DNA of 64,000 nt. Source: Macrostomum lignano (Eukaryota). The notes beneath the pieces were generated by a model that saw only the letters and a program-made list of their open reading frames with translations, was not told the DNA's origin and did not search any database. Position 1 is the first letter of the stretch. Each line of letters opens with the position of its first letter. Of this stretch, positions 1 through 11,325 are shown in pieces. The stretch covers positions 104,244-168,243 of the forward strand of contig NIVC01002498.1 of NCBI GenBank assembly GCA_002269645.1, read 5' to 3'. The position numbers and the translations under genes are program-made.

Positions 1-111
1 ACTACAGTTGGCTTAAGCCAAAGTTCTGCATCAACTTAAGAAGCGAGCAGTGTCCGTGGCACAGGGGCAGTGAAGTTGGCAGAAGATTTGGTGAAGAAGT
101 CAAGGATCGAA

Positions 112-695
112 ATGAGTCCACCTGCAGCTACAGCCCTAAGAGTGACCAATCTGGTTGGCGGAGTGGATCTGAGACTGGATGGTGGCAGGGGCGCCCAGTG
201 CCTCTACGGGAACTGGCTCTCAGCATGGCTCATGTGATCTACCGGCCCGTCTGGCCCCGGGTGCTCATCAAGCGGATGCGGAGTCCCAGAGTGACTCTGC
301 TACTCTACCCTACTGGACAACTGAGCATCTGTGGCGCCAAGACCCACGCAGACGCCAAAAGGGCTGCCCGTCGCTTCGTGGCTATGCTGCATCGGAGAGT
401 GCCGGCTCAACTGCTGCCTCCTCAAGACATTTGTGTTCGAATTAAAACTATTGCTGCTCATGGACGTTTTAAGCTCCAAAATGCGCTACCGCTTACTGAA
501 CTTGTTAAAGTTTTGCCCAAAGCCCAGTATGAACCAGAAACATTTTCAGCTTTAGTTTGTCAACTTAAGTATTGTAAATGCTTGCTTTTTCATAATGCTT
601 CTTATATTCTAAGTGGGGCGAAATCTCTGCGTATGCTAAAATCCGACAGTTCTTCCCTGTTTCGCTCTGTTAACACACTTATGCAACTAAAATAA
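112..695 (+). CDS. Divergent TATA-binding protein (TBP)-fold protein in the Polinton-like element; one frameshift near 188-191
   Basis: Frame 1 from ATG112 reads MSPPAATALRVTNLVGGVDLRLDGGRG. Adding one G to the G4 run (188-191) joins it to ORF 198-695. Both TBP repeats are recognisable: repeat 1 TNLVGGVDL..YRPVWPRVLIKRMRSPRVTLLLYPTGQLSICGAKT..AKRAARRF, repeat 2 YEPETFSAL..LLFHNASYILSGAKS. AATAAA overlaps the stop codon. Confidence 0.85.
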
Positions 696-1037
696 AGCAC
701 AAGAATAATCCGTCTTTAATCTTCCGACAAAATCTAACAGTAAAATTTTAATCTGTCTTGTTTACTATTTTTATTTTTTGGTTAGAAAAGATGCTAAAAA
801 ATTGTCAGCAAACTGCAACACAGCGAAAATTGATACTAATATTAAAAGAACATAGGAAAAGAAAGAAAATGAAAATGCTAACACTCATAAAAGTTAAGCA
901 AGTTTTGAAAAAGCAGTTGCACATTAAAGAAAAGTACTATAGCATTTATGCGGACAACATGTACATTGCGTTCCAAAAACCAAAATGCAAAGCTGAGCAA
1001 ATGCTCAATTCAAAAGTACGCACTAGTCAAATGTATG

Positions 1038-4000
1038 TTATTGCATCCTCATTTGCTTGGGAGCCTGATCAGCAGCTAGTTGAGGTGCTTCTCGATTGTA
1101 ACGGCGGCAGCTGTGGCGGCAGGGGTCTCTTAGAGCAAAGTGCCCATACGGAAGACTTTGGTTTGGGGAAGTCCACGCACGCTTGTCCTCCCATACAGTC
1201 AGGGCACGCTTCTGTTGCTCTAAAGTGACTACTCTGTGTCGTCGGCTAGCGATTCTGCGTGTCAAGACGCGAAGCTCCTTCAAACTGGCAAACGCCTGCA
1301 TGTAGTCATCGTGTGTGATTTCTGCCCGCAGCACACTCTTCTGAACACCTTTGGCTGCCTTCTTCCCTCCAGACTCGGCCTTCATCGAGTATAGTTTTGG
1401 TCTCAAAAGGATCCATTCACGATGGGGTTGCCTGCAGATTCGTCCTTTATGCAGCCTAACTTGGCTTTTAGATCATCGGATCGGAATTGATGGTCGGCCG
1501 GGAAGTTTGAGGTATCTAGCAATCGCTGGCGAATGAGTTCTGGTAGAACAGCACTCTGAACATCGATGTTTTTAAAGCACAGAAAGAAGGAATCGGTGTC
1601 CCCACCGCATAGGGAAACTCCTTGTTGGAGAGCAGGATTCTCAAATGTTGGCTTTAGCTTTCCATAGTACAATCGGTACATCGCCAGCTTAGAGTCATCT
1701 AAAACACATTGACCAACGTAGATTGGGCGGTCAAGAGTGACTGAAGTCTTGAAAAATTGAAAAACTACTAAGTCTTGAGTCACAATCGTAAAGTCCTTAA
1801 GATTCGGACGCGATGAATAGATTTCGGACTGCTCCTCGTTGTTAGAAATTCGAACACTGAGCCTCTTCCGTACGTTTTCCATCGTTTTGCCGAACAGGGA
1901 GTTATTCTTCAGTTTGTAATAGTCTTTTTCGAATTCCGTTGTAGCCACTGAGCGCTTTTTGCTGTTTCTGTCAATGTAGGCTTGGAAAATTGCAGCTTGA
2001 CAAAATCGAATAGCTCTTCGGACCTTTTTTAGTCGCATACCGTGACGCAAGTAGAACTTCAAAATTCGGAAATGCACGCGCACGACGTAGGATTCCTTGT
2101 CATGACATGTGAGTAAAAGTTTCACACAGCCTTTGTACGGCTCGTTGCGAGTGTTCAATTCGCCCCAAAGACGTTTCATGAATGGCGGAAACTCTTCGAG
2201 CTTAGGCGCGGCCTTCTCGGGGGCAAATGGCAAATCTTGTGTCTGCGTGTGGATTACATCTGGATATTCCAAATCAACCTCAAATAGGTAGCCAACTGGA
2301 CCATCGTCATCCAATTTAAGTAGCTTCTCTTCTGTCCATTCACACAGTTCTTCTTCACTAAGCCACTCAAAGTCACTGACGGGTCGTTTTTCGGACAGCG
2401 CTTGCCCGTAGAGATTATTCATGTCTACGGGGAGCAAAGAATTTGTCTCGGCATTAGAAGCTGCGCTTGATGAATCTGCACCATCTGACGACTGGTGACT
2501 GGTCCGGCAGTAACATGATGAACGTTCGTGAAGGTCATTCCTCCACGAATGCCAAGCTCAAAGAGTCTGTACTTCTCAGCATCGTCGAGCAACTGGAGCG
2601 GTGTTGGCGCGGATTTCAGCGCGGAATCAAATGATAGACCTGGTGTAGTAAAGTAGTGGGCTGGGTCAAGACCGTCATCATGGAGACTCAAACGGCGAAA
2701 GTTCTGAAAAACATCGGCAAGTTGACGGATGTCAAGCTGCAGGTAGGCAAGCATGTAGTCGTGCAAATTTTTTGCTTCGATCTGCTTCCAGGCTTTGCGC
2801 GCATGAGCATAGCTCTCCTCACTGCAAGCTGTCTTTGTCAGAGAGTTGAAAAACTCTTCTCTGCTCGGAAGTTCGGTCACTGCCAAATTCGCGGGGATTT
2901 GACGAAATCATAGGGAAAGACTCCCTTGATAGACAAAGTTTCATTAGTTAACTTTGGAAAGCAGCTTTTCATTTGCTGAGTGAATTTTCTGTCCTGGAGA
3001 GGTAAGTTGCGAATCAGTTTGTCTAGACCGCGTTTAAAAACTGGAATGAATCGAGGAACTGCAGAGTGAAGAAAATTGTTTTCTTTTTGCCTTTCGGTAG
3101 AGTGATTTCGGCGATTGGGAAATCTACTCGAAGAGACATATAGCGTTCAGAAGTCTGAGGAATGACACTCAGCTTCCAGTTTTTCATATTTCCTAACGCT
3201 GTTGAAAACAGGAGGTGCATGTCATAATTTCGGAGATTATGGAAGAAAATCGGCAGAAATCTTCGGCGAAGTTGCGCTAATTTGTTACACCGTGAACATG
3301 CGGCGCCTTTGAATTTTCCAGTCAGATGATCATGGTCATAGTGCTTGTCATTAGTGTCAGTAAACTGTCGATCACAGTAATGACAGTTGGAGGATTCACT
3401 GAAGATTTGACTAGCAATAGTGTCTGCTTCAGCCGTTTGGTAGCTGTGCCTTCTGTTCCATTCATAGACTTCTCGAGCCACGCGTTCCAGCTCATGAAGA
3501 AACGTTTCCATACACTCCAATGGATTCGAACTGGAGACCAACTTCACCTGACCTTGATCCTTGAGTGGTGGTCCCTTCATGCCTTCACGAGCAACGAGTA
3601 GAAATCCACCCGCTGCAGGCAGATGCTCGGTAATAAAGACGGTTTTGCCAGTTACCATGCCCTCATCTGGTCTTGCTTGTACATGACTGCTGCTGCTGCT
3701 GCTGCTGCGTGTGCTGCAGACTTGCTCATTGTCGCTGACCTCCATTTCCTCAACCTTCTGATGCATGACCTCTCGAGTGTGGGGGCCTAGCGGAGAATTA
3801 AATGCTTCAATATCAGCATAGATGGCGAACGGTGCTTCAATAGTTTTGAAGTAGTTTTGAAAAGACAGCACGCTGCGCTTCTCAGTAGGAACTCGTTCCT
3901 TGACAGCAAACTCATTAGAGCGATAGCACTGCTCTCTGTGCTCACTTAGCTTCTGATCAGTTACGAAAGAGCTCAAGCAGCGTTCACACCACTTTCTGTG

Positions 4001-4869
4001 GTAAAGACCGCTTTTACTGTTTAGTAGCCTATCAAGGCTCACAATTCCGCACCAGTGTTTATCCTCTTCATCCTTGTTAGCTGATTTGTTCAATAGTAGG
4101 AGAAGAACTACTTTGCGACTGCATGCGACTTCAACTCGTGGCTGCCTCAGCACACTGACACCGTTACTGCTTGACCAAGAAAAAACTACAAAACATAACC
4201 TTGGGTTCAGTAATTCGATTCGATTTAGCTGGTTGAGTCCAACGGGTAAGGAAATTCCTGAAAGATTGATATCGTTCAACCAGTCCTTGTAAGTAGAAAA
4301 CCTTTGAGGGTTTTTCCTCAAATTCTCATCACCGTGATGCAGCACTGCAAGGCAGGCATACAAAAAACAATCAGAGCCAGTACTAGGAGGATTGATGACG
4401 GCTTTTTTTGCCTTCAGCAGAGGAGGTAATTCAAAATTGCTTGCGTGACCAGAGTAGAAGCGCAGTCTTTGACCAACCGCAATATTCAAGTCGATGCAGT
4501 TGACGCGCACAATCACCCAACCACTGCCATTTGTGTTCATCTTCTCAATGATGCCTTCGCAACCATCAATCTGCTGCTTCCACCAATCATCAAAGCAAGC
4601 GGCGTCATTGACAGGTTGCAAACGAGTGCTTACCCATCTTTCTTCCTGGTTCACCACTTCACCAGCTTGGATTCTGTTCATTCGGATGCTCATTTTTAGC
4701 TGCGCTCTAACTAAAAGATTTGGATTCACCATCTTCTCGAATACAATTCGCTGTATTGCTTCCCTGCTCCGTCGGGCGAGTTCAAATGGGTCACATGGTG
4801 CATCGCTTGGCACGGAAATTCGATACACCACCAGGGTTTCGTTGTGCGCACTTGCTACTTGCTGAATGT
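1038..4869 (-). CDS. Protein-primed family B DNA polymerase (Polinton/Maverick/adintovirus type), main exon, broken by several frameshifts
   Basis: Collinear ORFs 3023-4831, 2425-2886, 1403-2437, 1038-1406. Motifs: C2H2-like CERC..HREQC; ExoI FAIYADIEA; endonuclease VII-like CHYC..DHDHLTGKFKGAACSRCN; ExoII FHNLRNYD; KGVFPYDF in the gap frame (~2910-3020); Pol-A DMNNLYG; Pol-B KLKNNSLFGK; Pol-C GDTDSF; C-terminal KRALTVWEDKR..SLPYGHF. Confidence 0.93.
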
Positions 4870-5050
4870 CTAAAAAAAAATTAACAGCTTTGCTTATTTT
4901 CTGTTACTCAAAGGATGGTATTCCATGGTAATGAAATTTAGACTCAATAAGCACACTTAAATTGAATTTCTCGATTTTTAAATACAAAACTTCGAATGCA
5001 CCCAGGAATTAAATAACTTAAGGCTGAAATTAAAAATGTTGTTGACTCAC

Positions 5051-6023
5051 GATAAGGATTAATATTGCTGGCACCGTTGTTTTCGATCAAGCTGAGTTCC
5101 CTTCCTGCACTACCGCCGCCAGTGTCGCTTCCTGCACTACCACCACCGGTATCGCTTCCTGCACTGCCGCCGCCGGTGTCGCTTCCTGCACTGCCGCCGC
5201 CGGTGTCGCTTCCTGCACTGCCGCCGCCGGTATCGCTTCCTGCACTGCCGCCGCCGGTGTCGCTTCCTGCACTGCCACCGCCGGTGTCGCTTCCTGCACT
5301 GCCGCCGCCGGTGTCGCTTCCTGCACTGCCGCCGCCGGTGTCGCTTCCTGCACTGCCGCCGCCGGTGTCGCTTCCTGCACTGCCGCCGCCGGTATCGCTT
5401 CCTGCACTGCCGCCGCCGGTGTCGCTTCCTGAACTGCCACCGCCGGTATCGCTTCCTGCACTGCCACCGCCGGTATCGCTTCCTGCACTACCACCACCGG
5501 TATCGCTTCCTGCACTGCCGCCGCCGGTGTCGCTTCCTGCACTGCCGCCGCCGGTATCGCTTCCTGCACTGCCACCGCCGGTGTCGCTTCCTGCACTGCC
5601 ACCACCGGTGTCGCTTCCTGCACTGCCGCCGCCGGTATCGCTTCCTGCACTGCCACCACCGGTGTCGCTTCCTGCACTGCCGCCGCCGGTGTCGCTTCCT
5701 GCACTGCCGCCGCCGGTGTCGCTTCCTGCACTGCCGCCGCCGGTGTCGCTTCCTGCACTGCCACCGCCGGTGTCGCTTCCTGCACTGCCGCCGCCGGTGT
5801 CGCTTCCTGCACTACCACCGCCGGTGTCGATCAGACTGGAACCGCTACTAGCACAATCTTGCTTAGTGTTGTTGGTGTCGTTTCAGAGAGCCTATCGAAA
5901 TCACTCTCCGAGTAGTCTGCCCCGGAACTTGATTCAGACCAATTATCTTCGCTCTCTGATTCTGACCAGCAGTCACAATCGGACTCTGAAAACTCGCTTG
6001 AGTCCTGCTCTGCTCTCTGTCCC
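5051..6023 (-). CDS. Upstream exon of the PolB gene: acidic Ser-rich segment + (DTGGGSAGS)x27, spliced through intron 5050-4870
   Basis: The minus frame runs ..GGGSAGRELSLIENNGASNINPY-c|GTGAGT (donor 5050). The acceptor is T9AG|ac at 4870. Phase 1+2 gives CAC and continues in frame (HIQQVASAHNETLVVYRIS) into ORF 3023-4831. One extra A near 5882 joins the acidic ORF 5831-6028. Candidate upstream acceptor tttcactgtgcag| near 6023. Confidence 0.65.
5098..5826. repeat. 27-bp coding tandem repeat, 27 copies
   Basis: Unit ctgccgccgccggtgtcgcttcctgca; no indels across the array. Confidence 0.95.
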
Positions 6024-6034
6024 TGCACAGTGAA

Positions 6035-6577
6035 AGTGCGGCAGAGTTGAACAACTGTTTTTAGAGCTTATCAACCTCGCCTCCATTTCAAAACCCCACC
6101 CTTTCCACTCAAGCCCCGCACCCGTTACAAAGTTTATTGCCCATTTATTATCAATCCCAGTGCGCCAGAGGCAGACACTCAAGAACAAAGACAAGAACCT
6201 CTCTCTTATCTATTTCACTCCGCACTGACAAATAGTGCGGCAGAGTTGCATAGGCATGCTATAGGATAAGCATAGTGGGGACGCCGAGGAGTTGCAATGG
6301 CCAGGCACAAATTGAGGTGGACGTTTCCACGCTATGCCTACCTTGTTTTTAATTTGTTTACTCTGCTATTCCAAAAACCTTCCAATTCTTTGCTTTGCTA
6401 CCTGCCTCCCCCAGTGCGGCAGAGTTGCATTAAGCGTTTCACCACCCGCGCCGCCCAGCCAATCGCACCCACCCCACGCCCCCTTATTTCCATTGGCTAT
6501 CTCAGCTGGCTCTTTTTACGCCCTCCTATCCTTTTTACATTACCGCCTATCTCCGCAGTGCAAGTGCGGCAGAGTTG
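6035..6577. promoter_or_regulatory. Putative PolB promoter region with four copies of AGTGCGGCAGAGTTG and two opposed CCAAT-like boxes
   Basis: Exact 15-mer at 6035, 6234, 6413 and 6563; agccaatcg (~6457) and ccattggct (~6490). Confidence 0.45.
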
Positions 6578-6844
6578 CATAAACTCATACTACTTATCGC
6601 CATAGACAATTCGGTGGGAAAGTTCCGCGCTTAGTACGAAAGTACGAGATTGTACGATATTGCACCATGACTTACGTGGCTCTGATATTCGATTATTGCC
6701 ATAGACGATTTCATCTTGGCAAGTTCATCCAGGTCTTGGTCAGTCAAAAGCCGTATATGTGGACACTGAGCCAGAAAAGTATCAAAATCACTTCCACCTC
6801 CAGCACTGGCAGTTCCGTGAACTGAGAGCCATCTAATTCTTCCT

Positions 6845-8080
6845 CGGGGGTGCGGGGACGGAGTCTTACCATAGACAAATTCTCATCAACCGGGGGTGCG
6901 GGAACGGAGTCTAACAATAGACAAATTCTCATCAACCGGGGGTGCGGAAACGGAGTCTAACCATAGACAAATTCTCATCAACCGGGGGTGCGGGAACGGA
7001 GTCTAACAATAGACAAATTCTCATCAACCGGGGGTGCGGGAACGGAGTCTAACAATAGACAAATTCTCATCAACCGGGGGTGCGGGAACGGAGTCTAACA
7101 ATAGACAAATTCTCATCAACCGGGGGTGCGGGGACGGAGTCTAACCATAGACAAATTCTCATCAACCGGGGATGCGGGGACGGAGTCTAACCTTAGACAA
7201 ATTCTCATCAACCGGGGATGCGGGGACGGAGTCTAACCATAGACAAATTCTCATCAACCGGGGGTGCGGGGACGGAGTCTAACCTTAGACAAATTCTCAT
7301 CAACCGGGGGTGCGGGGACGGAGTCTAACCATAGACAAATTCTCATCAACCGGGGTGCGGGGACGGAGTCTAACCATAGACAAATTCTCATCAACCGGGG
7401 ATGCGGGGACGGAGTCTAACCTTAGACAAATTCTCATCAACCGGGGATGCGGGGACGGAGTCTAACCATAGACAAATTCTCATCAACCGGGGGTGCGGGG
7501 ACGGAGTCTAACCTTAGACAAATTCTCATCAACCGGGGATACGGGGACGGAGTCTAACCATAGACAAATTCTCATCAACCGGGGGTGCGGGGACGGAGTC
7601 TAACCTTAGACAAATTCTCATCAACCGGGGGTGCGGGGACGGAGTCTAACCATAGACAAATTCTCATCAACCGGGGGTGCGGGGACGGAGTCTAACCATA
7701 GACAAATTCTCATCAACCGGGGGTGCGGGGACGGAGTCTAACCTTAGACAAATTCTCATCAACCGGGGATGCGGGGACGGAGTCTAACCATAGACAAATT
7801 CTCATCAACCGGGGATGCGGGGACGGAGTCTAACCTTAGACAAATTCTCATCAACCGGGGATGCGGGGACGGAGTCTAACCATAGACAAATTCTCATCAA
7901 CCGGGGGTGCGGGGACGGAGTCTAACCATAGACAAATTCTCATCAACCGGGGGTGCGGGGACGGAGTCTAACCATAGACAAATTCTCATCAACCGGGGGT
8001 TCGGGGACGGAGTCTAACCATAGACAAATTCTCATCAACCGGGGGTGCGGGGACGGAGTCTAACCATAGACAAATTTTCA
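6845..8080. repeat. 46-bp tandem array (~27 copies)
   Basis: Unit catagacaaattctcatcaaccgggggtgcggggacggagtctaac; period measured 6871 to 6917. Confidence 0.95.
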
Positions 8081-8585
8081 TCGATAATAGACAAAAATCG
8101 ATCTGTTTTTGCTCTTTTCGTTGCTATAGATCCTAATTTTACTATATTTTCTTTGCGTGCGTTACGAGTCGTAAATCGTAAATACGTTTCTCTGTTTACT
8201 AATAAAGTCTATGGTTAAATTTAGCGGGCAAAAATTTCCGGGCACAATGCGGTTAGAAATAGCCTATCTCCGTCAGCTATTTTTGCGGGCAAATAAAGCC
8301 AATAGACACACTATCGGGCATGCCTAAAGGCTCGCTGAATTAAAAAGCCTACTAACAATACACTATTGGAGCAGCTGAAGTTTTACCGAAACTTTGCTGG
8401 CTTGCCGGAATTTCGATCAAGACAAGTAAACGTTTTAGTGCAGCTCGACCGAAACACACGCTTGCTTTGTTGGAATTCAGAATTGGGATATGGGAATATG
8501 GGAACTGCAGATTAGCAATATGCGACCCTTCATTAAGTGACATCACTTATTAATGTATACCATACTTTGTTGAAATTTCCTAGAA

Positions 8586-8770
8586 GTGACGTCATTCGCG
8601 AAATCGCAGCCGCAAGCGACGCCATTGGAAATATCCTATAAATGACGTGATTTTCTATATACTCAATGCATGTGTTATAAGTGACGACGCCATTTCAATC
8701 ATTTTGCAAGTGACGTCATTTGCAACTTTCTACGAGTGACGTCATTTGCGATAACCGGAAATGACGTAAT
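8586..8770. promoter_or_regulatory. Cluster of CRE/ATF-like TGACGTCA palindromes
   Basis: Three exact gtgacgtca plus near matches atgacgtga, gtgacgacg and atgacgtaa within ~190 bp. Confidence 0.5.
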
Positions 8771-10947
8771 TAGTAATAGTTTACAGTTGATTATGTTTTT
8801 ATTGGCACTTTCCGATACAAGTGCGTCACTGACTATATTTCACTGCCATACTCAATACAGGTTCAAAATAAAATTTCGAGTGTCCATATGGAAGTCGCCA
8901 AACTTCGCAAGAGCTCGCTGAAAAGTGCAAAGCAGAGGGCTTTGCTTATAGTGAATTCGTTATCGCGGAGGCGAGAGCAAATCAATTCCAAAGGGTTTAT
9001 CAATCAGTACAGCAGTGGTTGAGAGGGAGTTTGCCCTGCTTGACAAACAACTGCCCTGCAGTCTGCAGATGCAGCTTTTGACTATGCAATGCAGCTCAAA
9101 GCATGTTCCCTATAATGATATATATTTTTGTGTTAGCATAACGTAAACCTAATAAGACGCATGTTTCAGGACTTTTGTATAAGCGTTTAGCATTATATAG
9201 ATAAATGGCGCTGGACAGCATCTGACGAGGGCTGGCCAAATTTAATTAGCATTAGTCGGAAGCATTTCAGAAGCGGTAAACCCTCCTGAGAGTTGAGATA
9301 TTCCTTAGAAATTATTTCAAAGGGGTTGAACGGATATACTGTAAGTAGCGCGCCATCTCTACCATGCTCCCATGCACCTGGTGTTCAACGAGCACAAAAT
9401 ACGCTGTCAATACTTCTTAGAAAAAATTGTGTTCAAAGGAGCGCCCTAAGGCTTGGGTGCCAACGTATTAAGTATGTCGCGCGCAGTACGATTCGGCATT
9501 GACGCAATTTGCTTGCCAAGGGGATCAGCTGAAGGTGAATTGAACAAGTGTTCAAGAATCCATTTGTATAGTTTTCACTCGTCATGTACTATCGTATATG
9601 TACTTCTTTCTACCCAAGCAATAAAAAGAAAAGAAGCAAATTAAAGCAATCTAAACAGTTGGGTAGGTGACTGCATGGAGATGCGTAGATGTATTTTAAT
9701 ATTTATAGATCTGTAAATATTCTATCGTTATTCCTTATTTATTTCATACTAAAGGTATCGAGCAGTATCTTTAGATTGTATCCTACCAAAGTAGGTAGAC
9801 ACGGGATAAGTATAAATAAATAAATTTAACACACGTTTAGATTTTTGATTATTTAGAATTCTTAGGCAGTCCAAAGCTTCAGTAGCACTAATTCAGGGAC
9901 TGCTCAATGACTACTCAAGTAACATATAAATATATATAGGACGCTACACTCGAAATCTATGGTAAATGTTTTGAAGGCAACTTTTCGCCGAAAAATGCAT
10001 TACAGAGATAGGGGGTTTTAATTTTTTCAGCACAAAAATTGTTTTTGCTTTTGATAAGAGGCAGATCCAGTGTTCATCTTTTGATATGTTGTGCCTTTCT
10101 TATTGCTCTATCGATATTCATAGAGCTTTCTGTTCAGAAATAGTTTTAAAGGCAGGTTTAACCGGAAAAATACACTACGGAGATGGGAAATTTCACGATT
10201 GTCAACACTAAAACAGTGATTGGGTCTCTTAACAGTGTCAGAGAAAGTTTTAATCACACTATTTTGTGCCTCAGATGCTGCTCTAACGACGCATTAATCG
10301 ATTTTTCATGTTAAATTGGTCTTGTCATTATTTTAAACGTTTTTTCAAGTGACAGACCAATTTAACGTCCAATTCTACATAAGTTGTTCTTGGGACTACT
10401 AAATAAATACTCCTTAGTAGACCCTGAGCTAATATTATGTATTTCTAACTACTTGTGCGAAGAAATATCGATATGGTGCAAATTTGGTAATTTTGGTATG
10501 GTACAAATTGTGCCCCTACATCTGAGTCAAGACCTTACATGCCGCATTTTTCTTTTAATCATTATAACAAAAAGGTTTAAATAGCTAGAAGTTAAAGTTT
10601 ATATTTCAGGCTTGTAACAAAATTTGGGCACAGAAAGTTTACTAACATTAAGGACAAAAATGTTTTTCTTTAAGAAGCCCTCGCGCTAATGACATCATTC
10701 ATTTCGTCCATTCAGACACATGGACTTTCGTTGGTATTTCCAAGCTTTCATTTTTGCAAACTTTGGCGTGCAATTCTTAAGAATATTTCTTTGGTTCGAA
10801 GCTTCGTCATGGCTGTCAAACCATTTCACTGTGGTGCTTTAAAAAGGCTTCTTAACTATCTAACAAGAGATTTGTCTACCGTTAGAGCTTTTGATACTGT
10901 AAAAGCTAGTAATAACAATTATGACTATTCAAGTTCAGGATTCTGTC

Positions 10948-11325
10948 ATGAATATTTTAAAGAGCATGATTGAGTCTGACCAGCAATTTGTTAGCACAGA
11001 ACTGCCCATGTTTACTACCGAATCCGAACCAACATCAACAACGGTACTGCCCCGATTTGGGCCTAACGCCACGTCGACATCAGCTATCTTCTTGGTGACA
11101 TCGGAATTCAACACTGCGAGCGACATCGCTTTTGCTGTTTCAGCTGCTCTAATCGTCCTGGTGATTGTAGCAGCGGTTCTAATCCTATTTTGGCGTCGCA
11201 GTACTCAACGGACGAACTCTGCTGAGAGGACAAATCGTGCTCCTTCCAATCTGATTGTCCGTCAGAATCCCAACAGCCCAGACTGCACTGAAGCAGAGGA
11301 CTGCCAGCTTGAAAGTTTTGTGTGA
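10948..11325 (+). CDS. Orphan single-pass membrane protein (Thr/Ser-rich stalk, TM helix, short tail); possibly the last exon of a longer gene
   Basis: STELPMFTTESEPTSTT stalk; TM IAFAVSAALIVLVIVAAVLILFW followed by RR; long AT-rich 3'UTR-like sequence downstream. Confidence 0.6.
   Translation: MNILKSMIESDQQFVSTELPMFTTESEPTSTTVLPRFGPNATSTSAIFLVTSEFNTASDIAFAVSAALIVLVIVAAVLILFWRRSTQRTNSAERTNRAPSNLIVRQNPNSPDCTEAEDCQLESFV

Larger units (their letters stand above)
1..8800. mobile_element. Polinton/Maverick-like endogenous viral element (partial; runs off the left edge; right boundary uncertain)
   Basis: pPolB plus compact neighbouring ORFs. No integrase, ATPase, protease or capsid gene inside the window, and no terminal AGTAGT-type end or TSD found. 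Confidence 0.7.

Noticed and set aside
2910-3030. PolB ORF gaps as additional introns
   Set aside because: The gap is coding (LDKLIRNLP..KGVFPYDF) in a shifted frame; single-base indels explain it.
5065-6033. Plus-strand 322-aa (SLPALPPPV)n ORF as a proline-rich protein
   Set aside because: TTG start and no context. It is the in-register antisense shadow of the minus frame, which has splice signals joining it to PolB.
6845-8080. CRISPR-like array
   Set aside because: Units are contiguous with no unique spacers, there are no cas genes, and the DNA is eukaryotic. The same applies to the 57-, 63- and 87-bp arrays.
8881-9080. Open frame CPYGSRQTSQELAEKCKAEGF.. as an exon of the membrane-protein gene
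   Set aside because: No recognisable domain, and no consistent splice chain could be built.
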